A DNA stretch of 32,000 nt from an uncultured Muribaculaceae bacterium. Lineage in GTDB: Bacteria; Pseudomonadota; Alphaproteobacteria; Rs-D84. Positions 1 through 9,671 of the stretch are shown here, piece by piece (position 1 is the stretch's first letter; each line of letters begins with the position of its first letter). A program made the position numbers and the translations under genes. The stretch is taken from positions 21,306 through 53,305 of the forward strand of contig CAZNTZ010000002.1 in assembly GCA_964576135.1 (NCBI GenBank), read 5' to 3'. The notes beneath the pieces are model-generated. The model searched no databases. It was not told the origin of the DNA and worked only from the letters and a program-made list of their open reading frames with translations.

Positions 1-1063
1 ATTTTGGAATATTAGAAGCTGTATTAAATATCCCGATAAACTTTGAACGTTCAGACTTTTTGGTTGCATTAAAGAACAGCAGATCATCAACAGAATCCAA
101 AATAGCACCAGATATTTGCCACAAAACAAAGATCATCAATAATGTCCACCCACTTGCTAATGCAGCCCAGAACGCTAATGCTGAAAAAGATACAAAACCG
201 ATTATCATCCATAATTTGCTTCCGTATTTTTTTACCAATCCGCCAAGCAATTCACTAAACAATATATATGGAATAACACCCAACGTCAGAATTAAACCAA
301 GTGTCTCTTTGGAAAATCCCTGTTCTATTACAACGATTGGCACATATAGTAATCTCATGGCTTTCATTGCTGAAAACCCAAATTCAATAAAATATGAACG
401 CGTTAAATCGGCCCTGCTGAAATAAGATTTCAGATCTTTCCAAGTCGCACGCAGAGTTTTGCGTGCATTTAATTTATGAAGTTTTTTGTCTTGGGCTTTC
501 ACGCCAAAAAATTTATAAAAAAGGAATCCGCAGAAATATACCAGTGCGACCGCAAAAAATGCAGATCGGTTTCCAAACTGATTCGCTATCGCCATCGCTA
601 TAATTGGTGAAAACAAAGCGCCTACATTTATCCAAAATTGATAACGCCCGTTCAGCTTGCTTAGTCCTATATTCTTTGAAAATTCTGCTAAAAATAACGG
701 TATTGTTAATCCGGTCAGAACCAGCGGTATTCCGCTCAGAAAATCCAGAGTTATGAATGTAGCCGGCTTTATGGAAAATGCCATCATAAAATAAATAACC
801 GCAATAGAAAGCATACTGGCATAAAACAATCGTGCTTTGGTAAAATATCTAAAGAACGAAGCAGAAAACAAAGTTATTAACATACAAAATCCGTTGTATA
901 TAGCAAAATATATACCAACAGCCGCAGAATTTTGAAAAATATCCATTAAAACCAACGCATAAACAGCGCTTATTATTCCACCGCCAAAACCTGTGAAAAA
1001 ACCCAGGTTCGCAAAAGAAAACCCGTTTACAAATTTTTTAATTGATAGATATTTATCAGCCAT
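1..1063 (-). CDS. MFS-type membrane transporter, partial (C-terminus lies beyond the left edge of the window)
   Basis: The ORF track omits this gene because it has no stop codon in the window. I checked the minus-strand frame codon by codon from the ATG at 1063-1061 down to position 2 and found no stop (354 codons). The translation begins MADKYLSIKKFVNGFSFANLGFFTGFGGGIISAVYALVL and is a series of hydrophobic helices typical of MFS permeases. The listed + ORF 60..425 lies antisense to it. Confidence 0.7.
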   Translation of the reverse strand, partial: MADKYLSIKKFVNGFSFANLGFFTGFGGGIISAVYALVLMDIFQNSAAVGIYFAIYNGFCMLITLFSASFFRYFTKARLFYASMLSIAVIYFMMAFSIKPATFITLDFLSGIPLVLTGLTIPLFLAEFSKNIGLSKLNGRYQFWINVGALFSPIIAMAIANQFGNRSAFFAVALVYFCGFLFYKFFGVKAQDKKLHKLNARKTLRATWKDLKSYFSRADLTRSYFIEFGFSAMKAMRLLYVPIVVIEQGFSKETLGLILTLGVIPYILFSELLGGLVKKYGSKLWMIIGFVSFSALAFWAALASGWTLLMIFVLWQISGAILDSVDDLLFFNATKKSERSKFIGIFNTASNIPK

Positions 1064-1140
1064 AACAACGGGATTCTATCATAAATTTATCGATTTTTCC
1101 AATACTTGAAATATATATATTTTATTAAAAATAACTTTGT

Positions 1141-1902
1141 ATGGATGATTTTCTTATTGAAAAAATATTACAAATCATAAATCATTGTAACGCACCAAAA
1201 AAAGGTTTTAAAATGGATGAAATTTACATAAAAGTTTTACCCGACGGACCATATATGCTTTATGGGGCCAAGAAAATATCTGAAAAAATAATTTTGACCG
1301 ATTCTGCTGGCGTCAGCATTAAATATGGTGATGGACAAACATTTGAAATCAAGACTGACCCGGTGGCACTATGTCGTTGTGGTAAATCAAAACGGGCGCC
1401 TTTTTGTGATGGTGCACACTTATCTGGATTTGATGGAACCGAAACTGCAAGCTTTACGCCAATAATGGAGCAAGCAAATGCAGCAGCATTAAAAGGTCCA
1501 AATCAAACTTTACTTGATAACCAACAATATTGTGCATTTGCACGTTTTTGTGACCGCGGTGGACGTATTTGGAATCTGGTTATGACTGGCGAAAATCCAA
1601 AACTTGCAGCCGAAGAAGCAAATCTTTGCCCTGCTGGACGTTTAATTATGTTCACAAACCAAGGCGAATCACTTGAAGAACTTTCGGAGCCAGAAATACA
1701 CACAATTGAAGATGGTGGACTCAAAATTTCAGGTCCACTTTGGATTCGTGGCGGAATTCGCGTTGAATCTGCATCTGGTCAATCTTACGAAGTACGTGAA
1801 AAACAAACTTTGTGCCGTTGTGGAACATCCAGAAACAAACCGTTTTGCAATGGATCCCATGCATCAATAAGATGGAAATCTGGCAGCGACACAGTTAAAT
1901 AA
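1141..1902 (+). CDS. CDGSH iron-sulfur domain protein with two CDGSH motifs and a central divergent 4Fe-4S-like Cys motif
   Basis: Two CDGSH-type motifs are present: CRCGKSKRAPFCDGAH and CRCGTSRNKPFCNGSH. A central YCAFARFCD...NLCPAG cysteine pattern lies between them. The second ATG at 1213 (MDEIYIKVLPDGPY) follows an AAAGG Shine-Dalgarno-like box and is the more likely start. Confidence 0.8.
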   Translation: MDDFLIEKILQIINHCNAPKKGFKMDEIYIKVLPDGPYMLYGAKKISEKIILTDSAGVSIKYGDGQTFEIKTDPVALCRCGKSKRAPFCDGAHLSGFDGTETASFTPIMEQANAAALKGPNQTLLDNQQYCAFARFCDRGGRIWNLVMTGENPKLAAEEANLCPAGRLIMFTNQGESLEELSEPEIHTIEDGGLKISGPLWIRGGIRVESASGQSYEVREKQTLCRCGTSRNKPFCNGSHASIRWKSGSDTVK

Positions 1903-1904
1903 GA

Positions 1905-2471
1905 ATGTTTAATAATAAAAGAATCTTTATTGTTTCTTGTTCGTTATTTTTTACATTAACGAAACCTGTTTGTGCCGGCCCGTTTTTTACAGAAAAATCT
2001 CAAGATTCTATCAAAATTTACATTGGGCAAAGTATTGGAACACTTTCAATGCATGAAATTTTTGCCCCCGGTCTTTGGGATTTTGAACGTATGACTTTTG
2101 CATCTGTCGAATACAGCCAGCCTGGGACTTTCTTTCGACTGCCAATGCGTCAAACTTTTTCTTTGTCACATAATTTTGATTATGCAGACAGCAGTCATAA
2201 ATCTTTCAGTATGATTGGGGTTTCATGGGATGCAGCTTTGCTTACCTGGAACAATCTTTATTTTGGTATGGGAATTGGTCCTTATTATCGCGATGCCCGT
2301 GATTCAAGGGTTGCGAGCCGACTTGTATTTGGCGAAAAAATGTTTTTTGGTTACAGATGGTCTGAAAAAATCGCGACAGAATTATCATATAATCATTTCA
2401 GCAATGGTGATTTTGCAGCACCTAATCTTGGGTTTAATTTTCTGGGAATTGCAACAATAATCAATTTTTAA
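1905..2471 (+). CDS. Acyloxyacyl hydrolase, PagL-like lipid A deacylase (outer-membrane beta-barrel)
   Basis: It has an N-terminal signal peptide (FFTLTKPVCA/GP). The C-terminus carries the HFSNG His/Ser catalytic motif, shows alternating beta-strand patterning and ends in Phe (ATIINF). It starts 2 nt after the CDGSH gene. Confidence 0.7.
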   Translation: MFNNKRIFIVSCSLFFTLTKPVCAGPFFTEKSQDSIKIYIGQSIGTLSMHEIFAPGLWDFERMTFASVEYSQPGTFFRLPMRQTFSLSHNFDYADSSHKSFSMIGVSWDAALLTWNNLYFGMGIGPYYRDARDSRVASRLVFGEKMFFGYRWSEKIATELSYNHFSNGDFAAPNLGFNFLGIATIINF

Positions 2472-4554
2472 TAAATCCTGATGCGTCTGATTTTCCAAAA
2501 ATCCACATCAAATCTCGGACTAGTTGACCACGTTGTGATTCTAAAATCGGATCTTTTTCTATAAGATCAACAGCATTACGATTTGCAAGTTTAAATAAAT
2601 CTCTGTGTTCTCTGTAATCGACAAAATGATATGGTATCCAACCTGATTGTTTTGTCCCCATCAATTCTCCGACACCGCGCATCATTAAATCTTGTTCTGC
2701 AATTGCAAAACCATCATCTGTTTCACATAAAATTTCAAGACGTTTTAACCCTGTTTCGGTAACATTATTACCGTACATCAATATACAATAAGATTGAACA
2801 GAACCACGGCCAACACGCCCACGCAATTGATGAAGTGCTGATAAACCAAATTTTTCTGCATTCTCAATTACCATAATTGATGCAGATGGAACATCTATAC
2901 CAACTTCGATGACTGTGGTTGCAACCAATATTTTAATTTTTGAATTTGGATCTGCAAATTCCGTCATAGTGCGGTCACGTTCTTCCTTGGACATCTTACC
3001 GTGAACCAATCCAACCTTGCCTAGGAACAAAGATTTCAGATATGTAAATCTATTTTCGACATTCATTAAATCAGATACTTCGGATTCCTCTACTAATGGG
3101 CAAACCCAAAATATTTTTGCACCATTATCTATTTGCAGTTTTATACGACCAGTCAATTGATTTAATGAATCATAAGAAATTTTAGTTGTTTTAATTGGTA
3201 AGCGCCCAATAGGCTTTTCATCAAGTATTGAAATATCCATATCACCATACATTGTCATTGATAATGTACGTGGAATCGGGGTTGCAGACAGAGCAAGCAA
3301 ATCAACAAATTTACCTTTTGCAACCAGTGCAGATCTTTGGTCTACACCAAAACGATGCTGTTCGTCAATAACCGCGATTGTCAGGTTTTTATATTCCACA
3401 TCGTCTTGGAAAAGTGCATGTGTGCCAATAATTATTTTTGTTCTACCGGACTTTAATGAAACAAGTTTTTCATGCCGGACTTTGCCTTTGTCACGACCAG
3501 TCAGAATATCACAAAAAACATTTAATTGATCACACAATGGTTTTATTTTTTCAAAATGTTGCTTTGCCAGAGTATCTGTTGGGGCAAGCATAGCGCCCTG
3601 ACCCCCTATGGATATGGCTTGCAGCATTGCCATAAGTGCTATCACTGTTTTTCCGGAACCAACGTCACCTTGAACCAGGCGCATCATTGGAACTTTGTTT
3701 TGCATATCAGATTCAATTTCAGATATCACACGTTTTTGTGCACCGGTCAATTCAAATGGCAATATTGATTTTAATTTTTCAAAATAATTATTATCAGATT
3801 TAAGAATTTCTCGCTCTGGTCCGTCATAGGCTTTGCGTTTTTCACGTGACAAAGCAATTGCAATCTGGCTTGCTAATAATTCACTGTATGCCAAACGTTG
3901 TAAATTTTCATTTGTTGGTTCAAGATCTTCAGGTTTTTGAGGATAATGAATTTTTTCCAAAGCTTCAAAAAATTCATTTGTTTCATCTGATCTTATTTTT
4001 GTTAAACCTTCAAAAATCTTGTCACGCACGGACGCCATTGTTTTCTGAGAGAGCCCTTCGTTCAATGGATACACTGCTTGGAATTCTGGAATTTTATTTG
4101 AATTTTCGATTTTTTCAATAAAATCTGGATGATTAATTAAAAATTTATCCCCAGAAGATTCGAGTTTTCCACTGACCAATCGCCACGACCCAACTGGCAA
4201 TTTTTCCAACCAATAATCCAAAAAATTTGTATTAAAAAATTGCAATATAACCTGACCACCAAGTTTATCATAACCAAAAACCTGGGTCGGTGCACGACGA
4301 TTGTTAAACCTGTTTCCACTGCCACCTTTCTTGTGTGTATCAATCCTTAATGGAATTGTAACTATTTCACCAACAACACCGTCAATTACTGATTCTACAA
4401 ATCCGCGCGAACGCACAGAACGTGGTGGTAACAATAAAAAATCCAGCACCCTACGTCCACCCAAAAGATCATTTAATCTGCCAGCCAAAACTGGACCAAC
4501 ACCTTTGATAAACTGTAAATCGGTCGCCAAAAAATCATAAAGATTTTTATTCAT
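2461..4554 (-). CDS. recG: ATP-dependent DNA helicase RecG
   Basis: The 697-aa product carries the Walker A motif GDVGSGKTVIA and the motifs DEQHRFGV, SATPIPRTL and QLRGRVGRG. Its N-terminal wedge region resembles RecG. Confidence 0.93.
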   Translation of the reverse strand: MNKNLYDFLATDLQFIKGVGPVLAGRLNDLLGGRRVLDFLLLPPRSVRSRGFVESVIDGVVGEIVTIPLRIDTHKKGGSGNRFNNRRAPTQVFGYDKLGGQVILQFFNTNFLDYWLEKLPVGSWRLVSGKLESSGDKFLINHPDFIEKIENSNKIPEFQAVYPLNEGLSQKTMASVRDKIFEGLTKIRSDETNEFFEALEKIHYPQKPEDLEPTNENLQRLAYSELLASQIAIALSREKRKAYDGPEREILKSDNNYFEKLKSILPFELTGAQKRVISEIESDMQNKVPMMRLVQGDVGSGKTVIALMAMLQAISIGGQGAMLAPTDTLAKQHFEKIKPLCDQLNVFCDILTGRDKGKVRHEKLVSLKSGRTKIIIGTHALFQDDVEYKNLTIAVIDEQHRFGVDQRSALVAKGKFVDLLALSATPIPRTLSMTMYGDMDISILDEKPIGRLPIKTTKISYDSLNQLTGRIKLQIDNGAKIFWVCPLVEESEVSDLMNVENRFTYLKSLFLGKVGLVHGKMSKEERDRTMTEFADPNSKIKILVATTVIEVGIDVPSASIMVIENAEKFGLSALHQLRGRVGRGSVQSYCILMYGNNVTETGLKRLEILCETDDGFAIAEQDLMMRGVGELMGTKQSGWIPYHFVDYREHRDLFKLANRNAVDLIEKDPILESQRGQLVRDLMWIFGKSDASGFIKN

Positions 4555-5840
4555 TACTTACCCAAACAAAGTTGTCCAAACACCGCATCAAGTACTTCGT
4601 CTGTTCCGATAATACCAAGTATTTGACCCATTTCACCAGCAGCGATACGTACGCGTTCTGCGAATATATCAAATGATTCGAAATCAATCACTGCTTCTTC
4701 AAGCTCGTCTCTGGCCTTTATAAGATGTGACTTTACACGTTCATTTATTACAATATCAGATTCAGCGCCTGCCATCTGTTCATGAATCTTTTGTTTAATA
4801 ACATTCATCAATTCATCAAATCCTTGACCCGTGATAGCTGAAACATGAATTCCTGGGCCGCCATTTTCAATATCACATTTGTTACATATTATGATTTCAT
4901 TTTCCTTATCAGAAACCGGTGCTTTCTTACCCGTGTAAACCCTTAAAACTAAATCTGCATTATCAATTTCAAAATTTGTTTTTACCATCCCAATTTTTTC
5001 AATCGCGTCTTTTGACTTACGAAGTCCGGCCGTATCAGCAAGACGAACCAAATAACCATCAATATCTAATTCACTTGTAACAACATCTCGGGTTGTTCCA
5101 TGAATATCAGAAACAATAGCACGCGATTGACCAATGATTTTGTTAAATAATGATGATTTTCCAACATTTGTTGGGCCGGCCAAAACAATTGAAAAACCAG
5201 AACAAATTTTCCGTGTGGCTCCCGACTCGCGCAGGCTGCATGAAATTTCATTACATAATTGTCTTACCCTGTGAATCAATGTTCCCCAAATATCTTGCGG
5301 TAAATCATCCGATGCATAATCAAGCACTGCGGCAGAATATGCAGCAATATCTATCATCTGAGAGCGCCATTTTTCAAATAAACGTGTATCACCACCGGTC
5401 ATTATTCTGAGTGCCTGCTCACGTTGACGATCTGTACGCGCGTCAATTAATGCCGAAAGTCCTTCTATGTCTACTAGATCCATTTTCCCATTTTGAAATG
5501 CGCGTCTTGAAAACTCTCCCTTGTCGGCCATTCTAAAACCGAAACTTTTTAAAACTTCAAATATTTTTTGTATTACCGCTTCAGAGCCATGACTTTGAAT
5601 TTCAACAACGTCATTTCCGGTAAAACTGTGTGGAGCGCGAAAATAAATAGCAATACATTTATCAACAAGTTCGCCGCTTGTATCTTTTAAATCAATCAAG
5701 TAAGCATATCTTTCTTTAATACCAGATTTGAGATTTGCTGTTTTTTCAAAGAAATTTTGCAAATCATTTCCACTGATACGAATAACTGCAACACCTGATT
5801 TACCATGACCACTAGAAAGTGCAAATATTGTTTCATTCAT
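4554..5840 (-). CDS. mnmE: tRNA modification GTPase MnmE (TrmE)
   Basis: GTPase motifs G1 GPTNVGKSS, G3 DTAGLR and G4 NKCD are present. The N-terminal IFALSSGHGKSGVAVIRISG and the C-terminal CLGK tail are typical of MnmE. Its stop overlaps the recG start as TAATG. Confidence 0.93.
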   Translation of the reverse strand: MNETIFALSSGHGKSGVAVIRISGNDLQNFFEKTANLKSGIKERYAYLIDLKDTSGELVDKCIAIYFRAPHSFTGNDVVEIQSHGSEAVIQKIFEVLKSFGFRMADKGEFSRRAFQNGKMDLVDIEGLSALIDARTDRQREQALRIMTGGDTRLFEKWRSQMIDIAAYSAAVLDYASDDLPQDIWGTLIHRVRQLCNEISCSLRESGATRKICSGFSIVLAGPTNVGKSSLFNKIIGQSRAIVSDIHGTTRDVVTSELDIDGYLVRLADTAGLRKSKDAIEKIGMVKTNFEIDNADLVLRVYTGKKAPVSDKENEIIICNKCDIENGGPGIHVSAITGQGFDELMNVIKQKIHEQMAGAESDIVINERVKSHLIKARDELEEAVIDFESFDIFAERVRIAAGEMGQILGIIGTDEVLDAVFGQLCLGK

Positions 5841-6412
5841 TTCTTACTTACCTCCTTTAATGCCATTGGTACCAATATTTCAATACCAGCTGTTGGATTA
5901 TCACGTGTAAGTTTTGAAGCAATTTCAGCGACATCAATACGTCTGTACCCGAGTGTTTCCAGCGCAGATAGTAAATCTGATAATGCGTTATTTTCATTAT
6001 CTAAAACAATTCCACCCATACCGGAAACTTTACCTTTTAATTCAACAATGATTTTTTCAGCAACTTTTTTACCAACACCTGGGGCGGCTGTGATTGTTTT
6101 TACATCCCCAGTTAAAATTGCGTTCATCAGCACTGATTCTTTGAAAGCACCTAATATATTCAATGCAACTTTTGGTCCAACACCAGATACCCCAAGTAAT
6201 TTATTAAATAATTCTTGGCCTGAAATAGTTTCAAAACCAAACAAACGAATTGAATCTTCGCGAACGATCGTTTCAATCCAAAGATTAATTTTAGAATCAT
6301 GAATTATAGATTGAATGTTTGGTACAAAAACTTTATAACCCACACCAACAACATTCAATATAATGTAATCATCACCGATAAAATCAACAATCCCTTGCAA
6401 TTTTCCAATCAT
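5837..6412 (-). CDS. ruvA: Holliday junction branch migration complex subunit RuvA
   Basis: The 191-aa product starts MIGKLQGIV. It contains helix-hairpin-helix motifs (LLGVSGVGPKVALNIL and ITAAPGVGKKVAEKI). An ATGA overlap joins it to mnmE. Confidence 0.92.
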   Translation of the reverse strand: MIGKLQGIVDFIGDDYIILNVVGVGYKVFVPNIQSIIHDSKINLWIETIVREDSIRLFGFETISGQELFNKLLGVSGVGPKVALNILGAFKESVLMNAILTGDVKTITAAPGVGKKVAEKIIVELKGKVSGMGGIVLDNENNALSDLLSALETLGYRRIDVAEIASKLTRDNPTAGIEILVPMALKEVSKK

Positions 6413-6475
6413 TTGTTATCCTTTCACAAACATTATAGGATATAAATATCTAATTATCAATCAAAGGTGACCCTT

Positions 6476-7192
6476 ATGTCTGGACATTCAAAATGGCATA
6501 ATATTATGCATAAAAAAGGCGCGGCAGACGCCGCACGTTCTGGTTTATTTACTAAACTCGCCCGTGAAATTACAATGGCGGCTAAACTTGGCGACCCAAG
6601 TCCGGATAATAATCCACGCTTGCGCTTGGCAATTTTGAATGCACGTAAAAATTCTATGCCAAATGACAATATAAAACGCGCTATTGATAAAGCTTCTGGA
6701 TCTAATATTGAAAATTATGAATCCGTAAGATACGAAGGTTACGGACCAGGTTCAACACCAATTATTGTCGAAGCATTGACTGATAATCCACGCCGCACAG
6801 TTCCTGAAATCCGCAATATATTTGCCAAAAATGGGGGCAATATGGGCGAAGAAGGTTCTGTATCATTTATGTTTACACGTGCTGGTCAAATTTACTATCC
6901 ACTTTCCATTGCAAAATCACCAGACGCAATGATGGAAATAATTATGGATGCAGACGCTGATGATCTGGAAACATCTGACGAAGGTTATATTGTTAAAACT
7001 AAAGTTGAAACCTTTATGAATGTTCAAAAAGCTTTGTCTGATAAACTTGGTGAACCAGAAAAAGCAGAACTGACATGGATACCAAATATGCCGATGGATC
7101 TAGATGACGAAACATACGCGAAACTTGAAAAATTAACAGATGCACTTGATGATAATGACGATGTGCAAAATGTTATAACTGCTGCAAATTAA
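6476..7192 (+). CDS. yebC: YebC/PmpR family DNA-binding transcriptional regulator
   Basis: The canonical N-terminus MSGHSKWHNIMHKKG is present. I prefer the ATG at 6476 over the ORF-track start at 6467 because the Shine-Dalgarno box AAAGGTGA lies about 6 nt upstream of it. Confidence 0.9.
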   Translation: MSGHSKWHNIMHKKGAADAARSGLFTKLAREITMAAKLGDPSPDNNPRLRLAILNARKNSMPNDNIKRAIDKASGSNIENYESVRYEGYGPGSTPIIVEALTDNPRRTVPEIRNIFAKNGGNMGEEGSVSFMFTRAGQIYYPLSIAKSPDAMMEIIMDADADDLETSDEGYIVKTKVETFMNVQKALSDKLGEPEKAELTWIPNMPMDLDDETYAKLEKLTDALDDNDDVQNVITAAN

Positions 7193-7217
7193 AAACCGCC
7201 AAATGGCGGTTTTTTTT
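7191..7217. terminator. Bidirectional rho-independent terminator between yebC and the acyl-CoA ligase gene
   Basis: The sequence is AAAAACCGCC-AAAT-GGCGGTTTTTTTT: a GC-rich stem with an A-tract on one side and a T-tract on the other. It sits exactly between the two convergent stop codons. Confidence 0.85.
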
Positions 7218-8796
7218 AGTCTTTTCTTACTGGATACATACCATCAATAACATTTTGACGAATCACGTGATGTTTAACCTTTTGTGTTGACGTCAGCGGT
7301 AAATCATCAGTCGTCATAGCAAAGTGTGTAACCCATTTGTAACTGGCAACTTTCCGATTAGCATCCATTATTTCTTTGCCGAGTTTATCAATTGTCATTT
7401 CTGGCTCAACCTGAAACACACCATATGATACAGTTTTACCTTTTACCTTGTGTTCAAACACTGCAACATTTTTAACACCTGGTATTGGAAGGAAAAGCGC
7501 CTCTAACTCATCAGGGTATACATTCTTTCCAGAATCCAAAACAATAACCTGTTTTTTACGACCAGCAAAATGTAATTCCCCGTTTTTATCAACAGTTACA
7601 AGGTCGCCTGTGTTAAAGAAACCTTGATCATCAAAAACTTCGGCATTGGCAGATTCATTATTCATATACCCACCAAAAACTTGATGTCCACGTACCCATA
7701 AAACACCAACACCATCTTCGTTTTTATCACGAATATCGCATTCACTGCCGGTGATTGGGCCGCCAAAAGAAAATGGAAAACGTTTTTTGCGTGGTTTTGA
7801 AATACAAATTGGTCCGACAGTCTCGGTCAACCCATAACCCTGGATAAATGTAAGACCCAAACGTTCATAGAAAGTTTCAACTTCGGGTTTTGTTGCTGCA
7901 CCACCGGCAACCAATAATCTGGCACGACCACCGAATACTTCTAAGACTGGCTGTTGAACTTTTTTAACCAATCCGCCGAGTCCGATTGATTTTAAAAATT
8001 TACCATGTTTCATAATAAAACTGACTAACCACCATTTTTTCTTGGCCTTAATACCATCAATTATTTTATTACGGAAAACTTCCCACAATCTTGGAACTGC
8101 TGGGATTATTTGTGGACGATATTTTTTGAAATCCGCCAAAATATCTGTTGGGTTAATTGTCGGTTGTAATAAAATATTCGCATTAAAATGAATTGTTGCC
8201 AAAATTTCGACTGCAAATCCAAAAACGTGATACATCGGCAAAAATCCATAAAGTGTATCACCAGGATGTATCCATTCGGCCATATCTTGAAGTCCGTTCG
8301 CTGTTTCAACTATGTTAAAATGTGAAAGAGGAACAACCTTTGGCTGACCCGTAGAACCAGATGTAAATGACAAAGTTGCAATATCTGTTGCTGCTACTTC
8401 GGCAGGCAATAATCCCGAAGCTTCTTTGGAATCTTTTGTTGTTATATCATAAAATTTGAATTTGTCGGTTTTATAGAAAAATGATTTTTCTGCACAAACT
8501 AATTTACAACCTGTGATCTCTGCCATATTATCATATTCAAATGGGGTCAAATTTGTATCAAGTAATAAAACCTGCCCGCCAATATACCAAATTGCAAACA
8601 AAGTTGTCGGAAATTCAGGCAAATTATGTGACAAAATTGCAACTACATCGCCCTTTTCTACACCTATTTTTTTTAAACTTGCGGCGCGTTTCTTAACATT
8701 TTCTAAGAATTCAGAATAAGTCACTTTTTCACGTGTCAAGAACAGAGCATTTGGCGTCTTAAGAACAGATCGTTCTAGAAATTGGTTCATATTCAT
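7216..8796 (-). CDS. AMP-dependent synthetase/ligase (long-chain fatty acid--CoA ligase-like)
   Basis: The AMP-binding motif TSGSTGQPKVV is present, together with GYGLTET and NTGD. The ORF-track start at 8862 is a TTG. The ATG at 8796 (MNMNQFLERS) follows an AAGGA box about 8 nt upstream and is my preferred start. Confidence 0.85.
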   Translation of the reverse strand: MNMNQFLERSVLKTPNALFLTREKVTYSEFLENVKKRAASLKKIGVEKGDVVAILSHNLPEFPTTLFAIWYIGGQVLLLDTNLTPFEYDNMAEITGCKLVCAEKSFFYKTDKFKFYDITTKDSKEASGLLPAEVAATDIATLSFTSGSTGQPKVVPLSHFNIVETANGLQDMAEWIHPGDTLYGFLPMYHVFGFAVEILATIHFNANILLQPTINPTDILADFKKYRPQIIPAVPRLWEVFRNKIIDGIKAKKKWWLVSFIMKHGKFLKSIGLGGLVKKVQQPVLEVFGGRARLLVAGGAATKPEVETFYERLGLTFIQGYGLTETVGPICISKPRKKRFPFSFGGPITGSECDIRDKNEDGVGVLWVRGHQVFGGYMNNESANAEVFDDQGFFNTGDLVTVDKNGELHFAGRKKQVIVLDSGKNVYPDELEALFLPIPGVKNVAVFEHKVKGKTVSYGVFQVEPEMTIDKLGKEIMDANRKVASYKWVTHFAMTTDDLPLTSTQKVKHHVIRQNVIDGMYPVRKD

Positions 8797-8876
8797 TTTA
8801 AAATCCTTGCTTGTTTTATGTTTGATTGGCATTATTATAATAAAGGATAATTTATTTAGCAAATTAAAAGCATACC

Positions 8877-9647
8877 ATGAAAATCATAACTATAAATATC
8901 AATTCTGTCAGAGCACACGTAGATTCTTTTTTAAAACTTTTGGAATCTAACCAATATGACGTTATCTTAGTCCAAGAATTAAAGGTAGAAGACATAAGTT
9001 TTCCGCATATATTGTTTGAACACTTGGGTTATAACATAAAAATATTTGGTCAAAAATCTTGGAACGGCGTTGCAGTATTTTCAAAATTTTCTGTTGAGGA
9101 TATAACACGTGGAATGCCAAATTATCCGACGAGTGATGCACGTTTTATGGAGTTCTTAATTGATGGCAGAATCAGGATTATAAATGTTTATATGCCAAAC
9201 GGCGAATCTGAAATAAGTCCAAAATTCCAGTATAAACTTGAATGGATGAATAAATTTAGCGAACATATAAAAAACTATACCCACTCAGAAGAACCAGTGC
9301 TGATTGGTGGGGATTACAACGTTGCAATCGAGGATCGTGATATCTGGAATCCGAAGAACTTTATAGGCAGTTCTATAAGTGCTGAATCTGCACGTAAAAT
9401 TATGCAACGTTGGCTGGATAATGGTTGGACTGATTGTTATCGACACTTTAAACCTGATGAAACCGGATATACGTATTTTGATTATCGCGGCCATGACACT
9501 GTTAAAAATAACCATGGATTAAGGCTTGATTATTGGTTGGCTAATTCTGCAGCAATGAAACTGATAACAGATTGCACAGTAGATCAATCTCCACGAACCG
9601 CTGATAAACCGACAGATCATTGTGGTCTTGTTTTAGAAGTAAAATAA
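8877..9647 (+). CDS. xthA: Exodeoxyribonuclease III (AP endonuclease)
   Basis: The 256-aa product starts MKIITININSVRA. It contains QELK, GGDYNVA and a C-terminal DHCGLV motif, all typical of the Xth/EEP family. Confidence 0.9.
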   Translation: MKIITININSVRAHVDSFLKLLESNQYDVILVQELKVEDISFPHILFEHLGYNIKIFGQKSWNGVAVFSKFSVEDITRGMPNYPTSDARFMEFLIDGRIRIINVYMPNGESEISPKFQYKLEWMNKFSEHIKNYTHSEEPVLIGGDYNVAIEDRDIWNPKNFIGSSISAESARKIMQRWLDNGWTDCYRHFKPDETGYTYFDYRGHDTVKNNHGLRLDYWLANSAAMKLITDCTVDQSPRTADKPTDHCGLVLEVK

Positions 9648-9671
9648 AACCGCCATTTGGCGGTTATTTTT
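9648..9671. terminator. Bidirectional rho-independent terminator between xthA and secB
   Basis: AAACCGCC-ATTT-GGCGGTT is followed by a T-rich tract. The stem core is the same as in the terminators at 7191 and 17711. Confidence 0.8.

Noticed and set aside
60-425. Track ORF of 121 aa on the plus strand at the left edge
   Set aside because: It starts with TTG and lies entirely antisense to an unbroken 354-codon minus-strand frame that encodes an MFS-like membrane protein. Its own product is low-complexity with no recognisable features.
447-466. GC-rich 7-bp hairpin GCACGCA-GAGTTT-TGCGTGC that could pass as a terminator for ORF 60..425
   Set aside because: It lies inside the MFS coding frame, has no proper T-tract, and is short enough to occur by chance. 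The ORF it would terminate has itself been rejected.
8797-8862. N-terminal extensions in the ORF track: ligase from 8862, ftsQ from 22753, yebC from 6467, CDGSH from 1141
   Set aside because: The ligase and ftsQ extensions begin at TTG codons, while the yebC and CDGSH extensions begin at upstream ATGs. In all four cases except ftsQ, a downstream ATG with a Shine-Dalgarno box restores the canonical family N-terminus; for ftsQ the downstream ATG is preferred only because the upstream start is a TTG. The shorter starts are therefore preferred.
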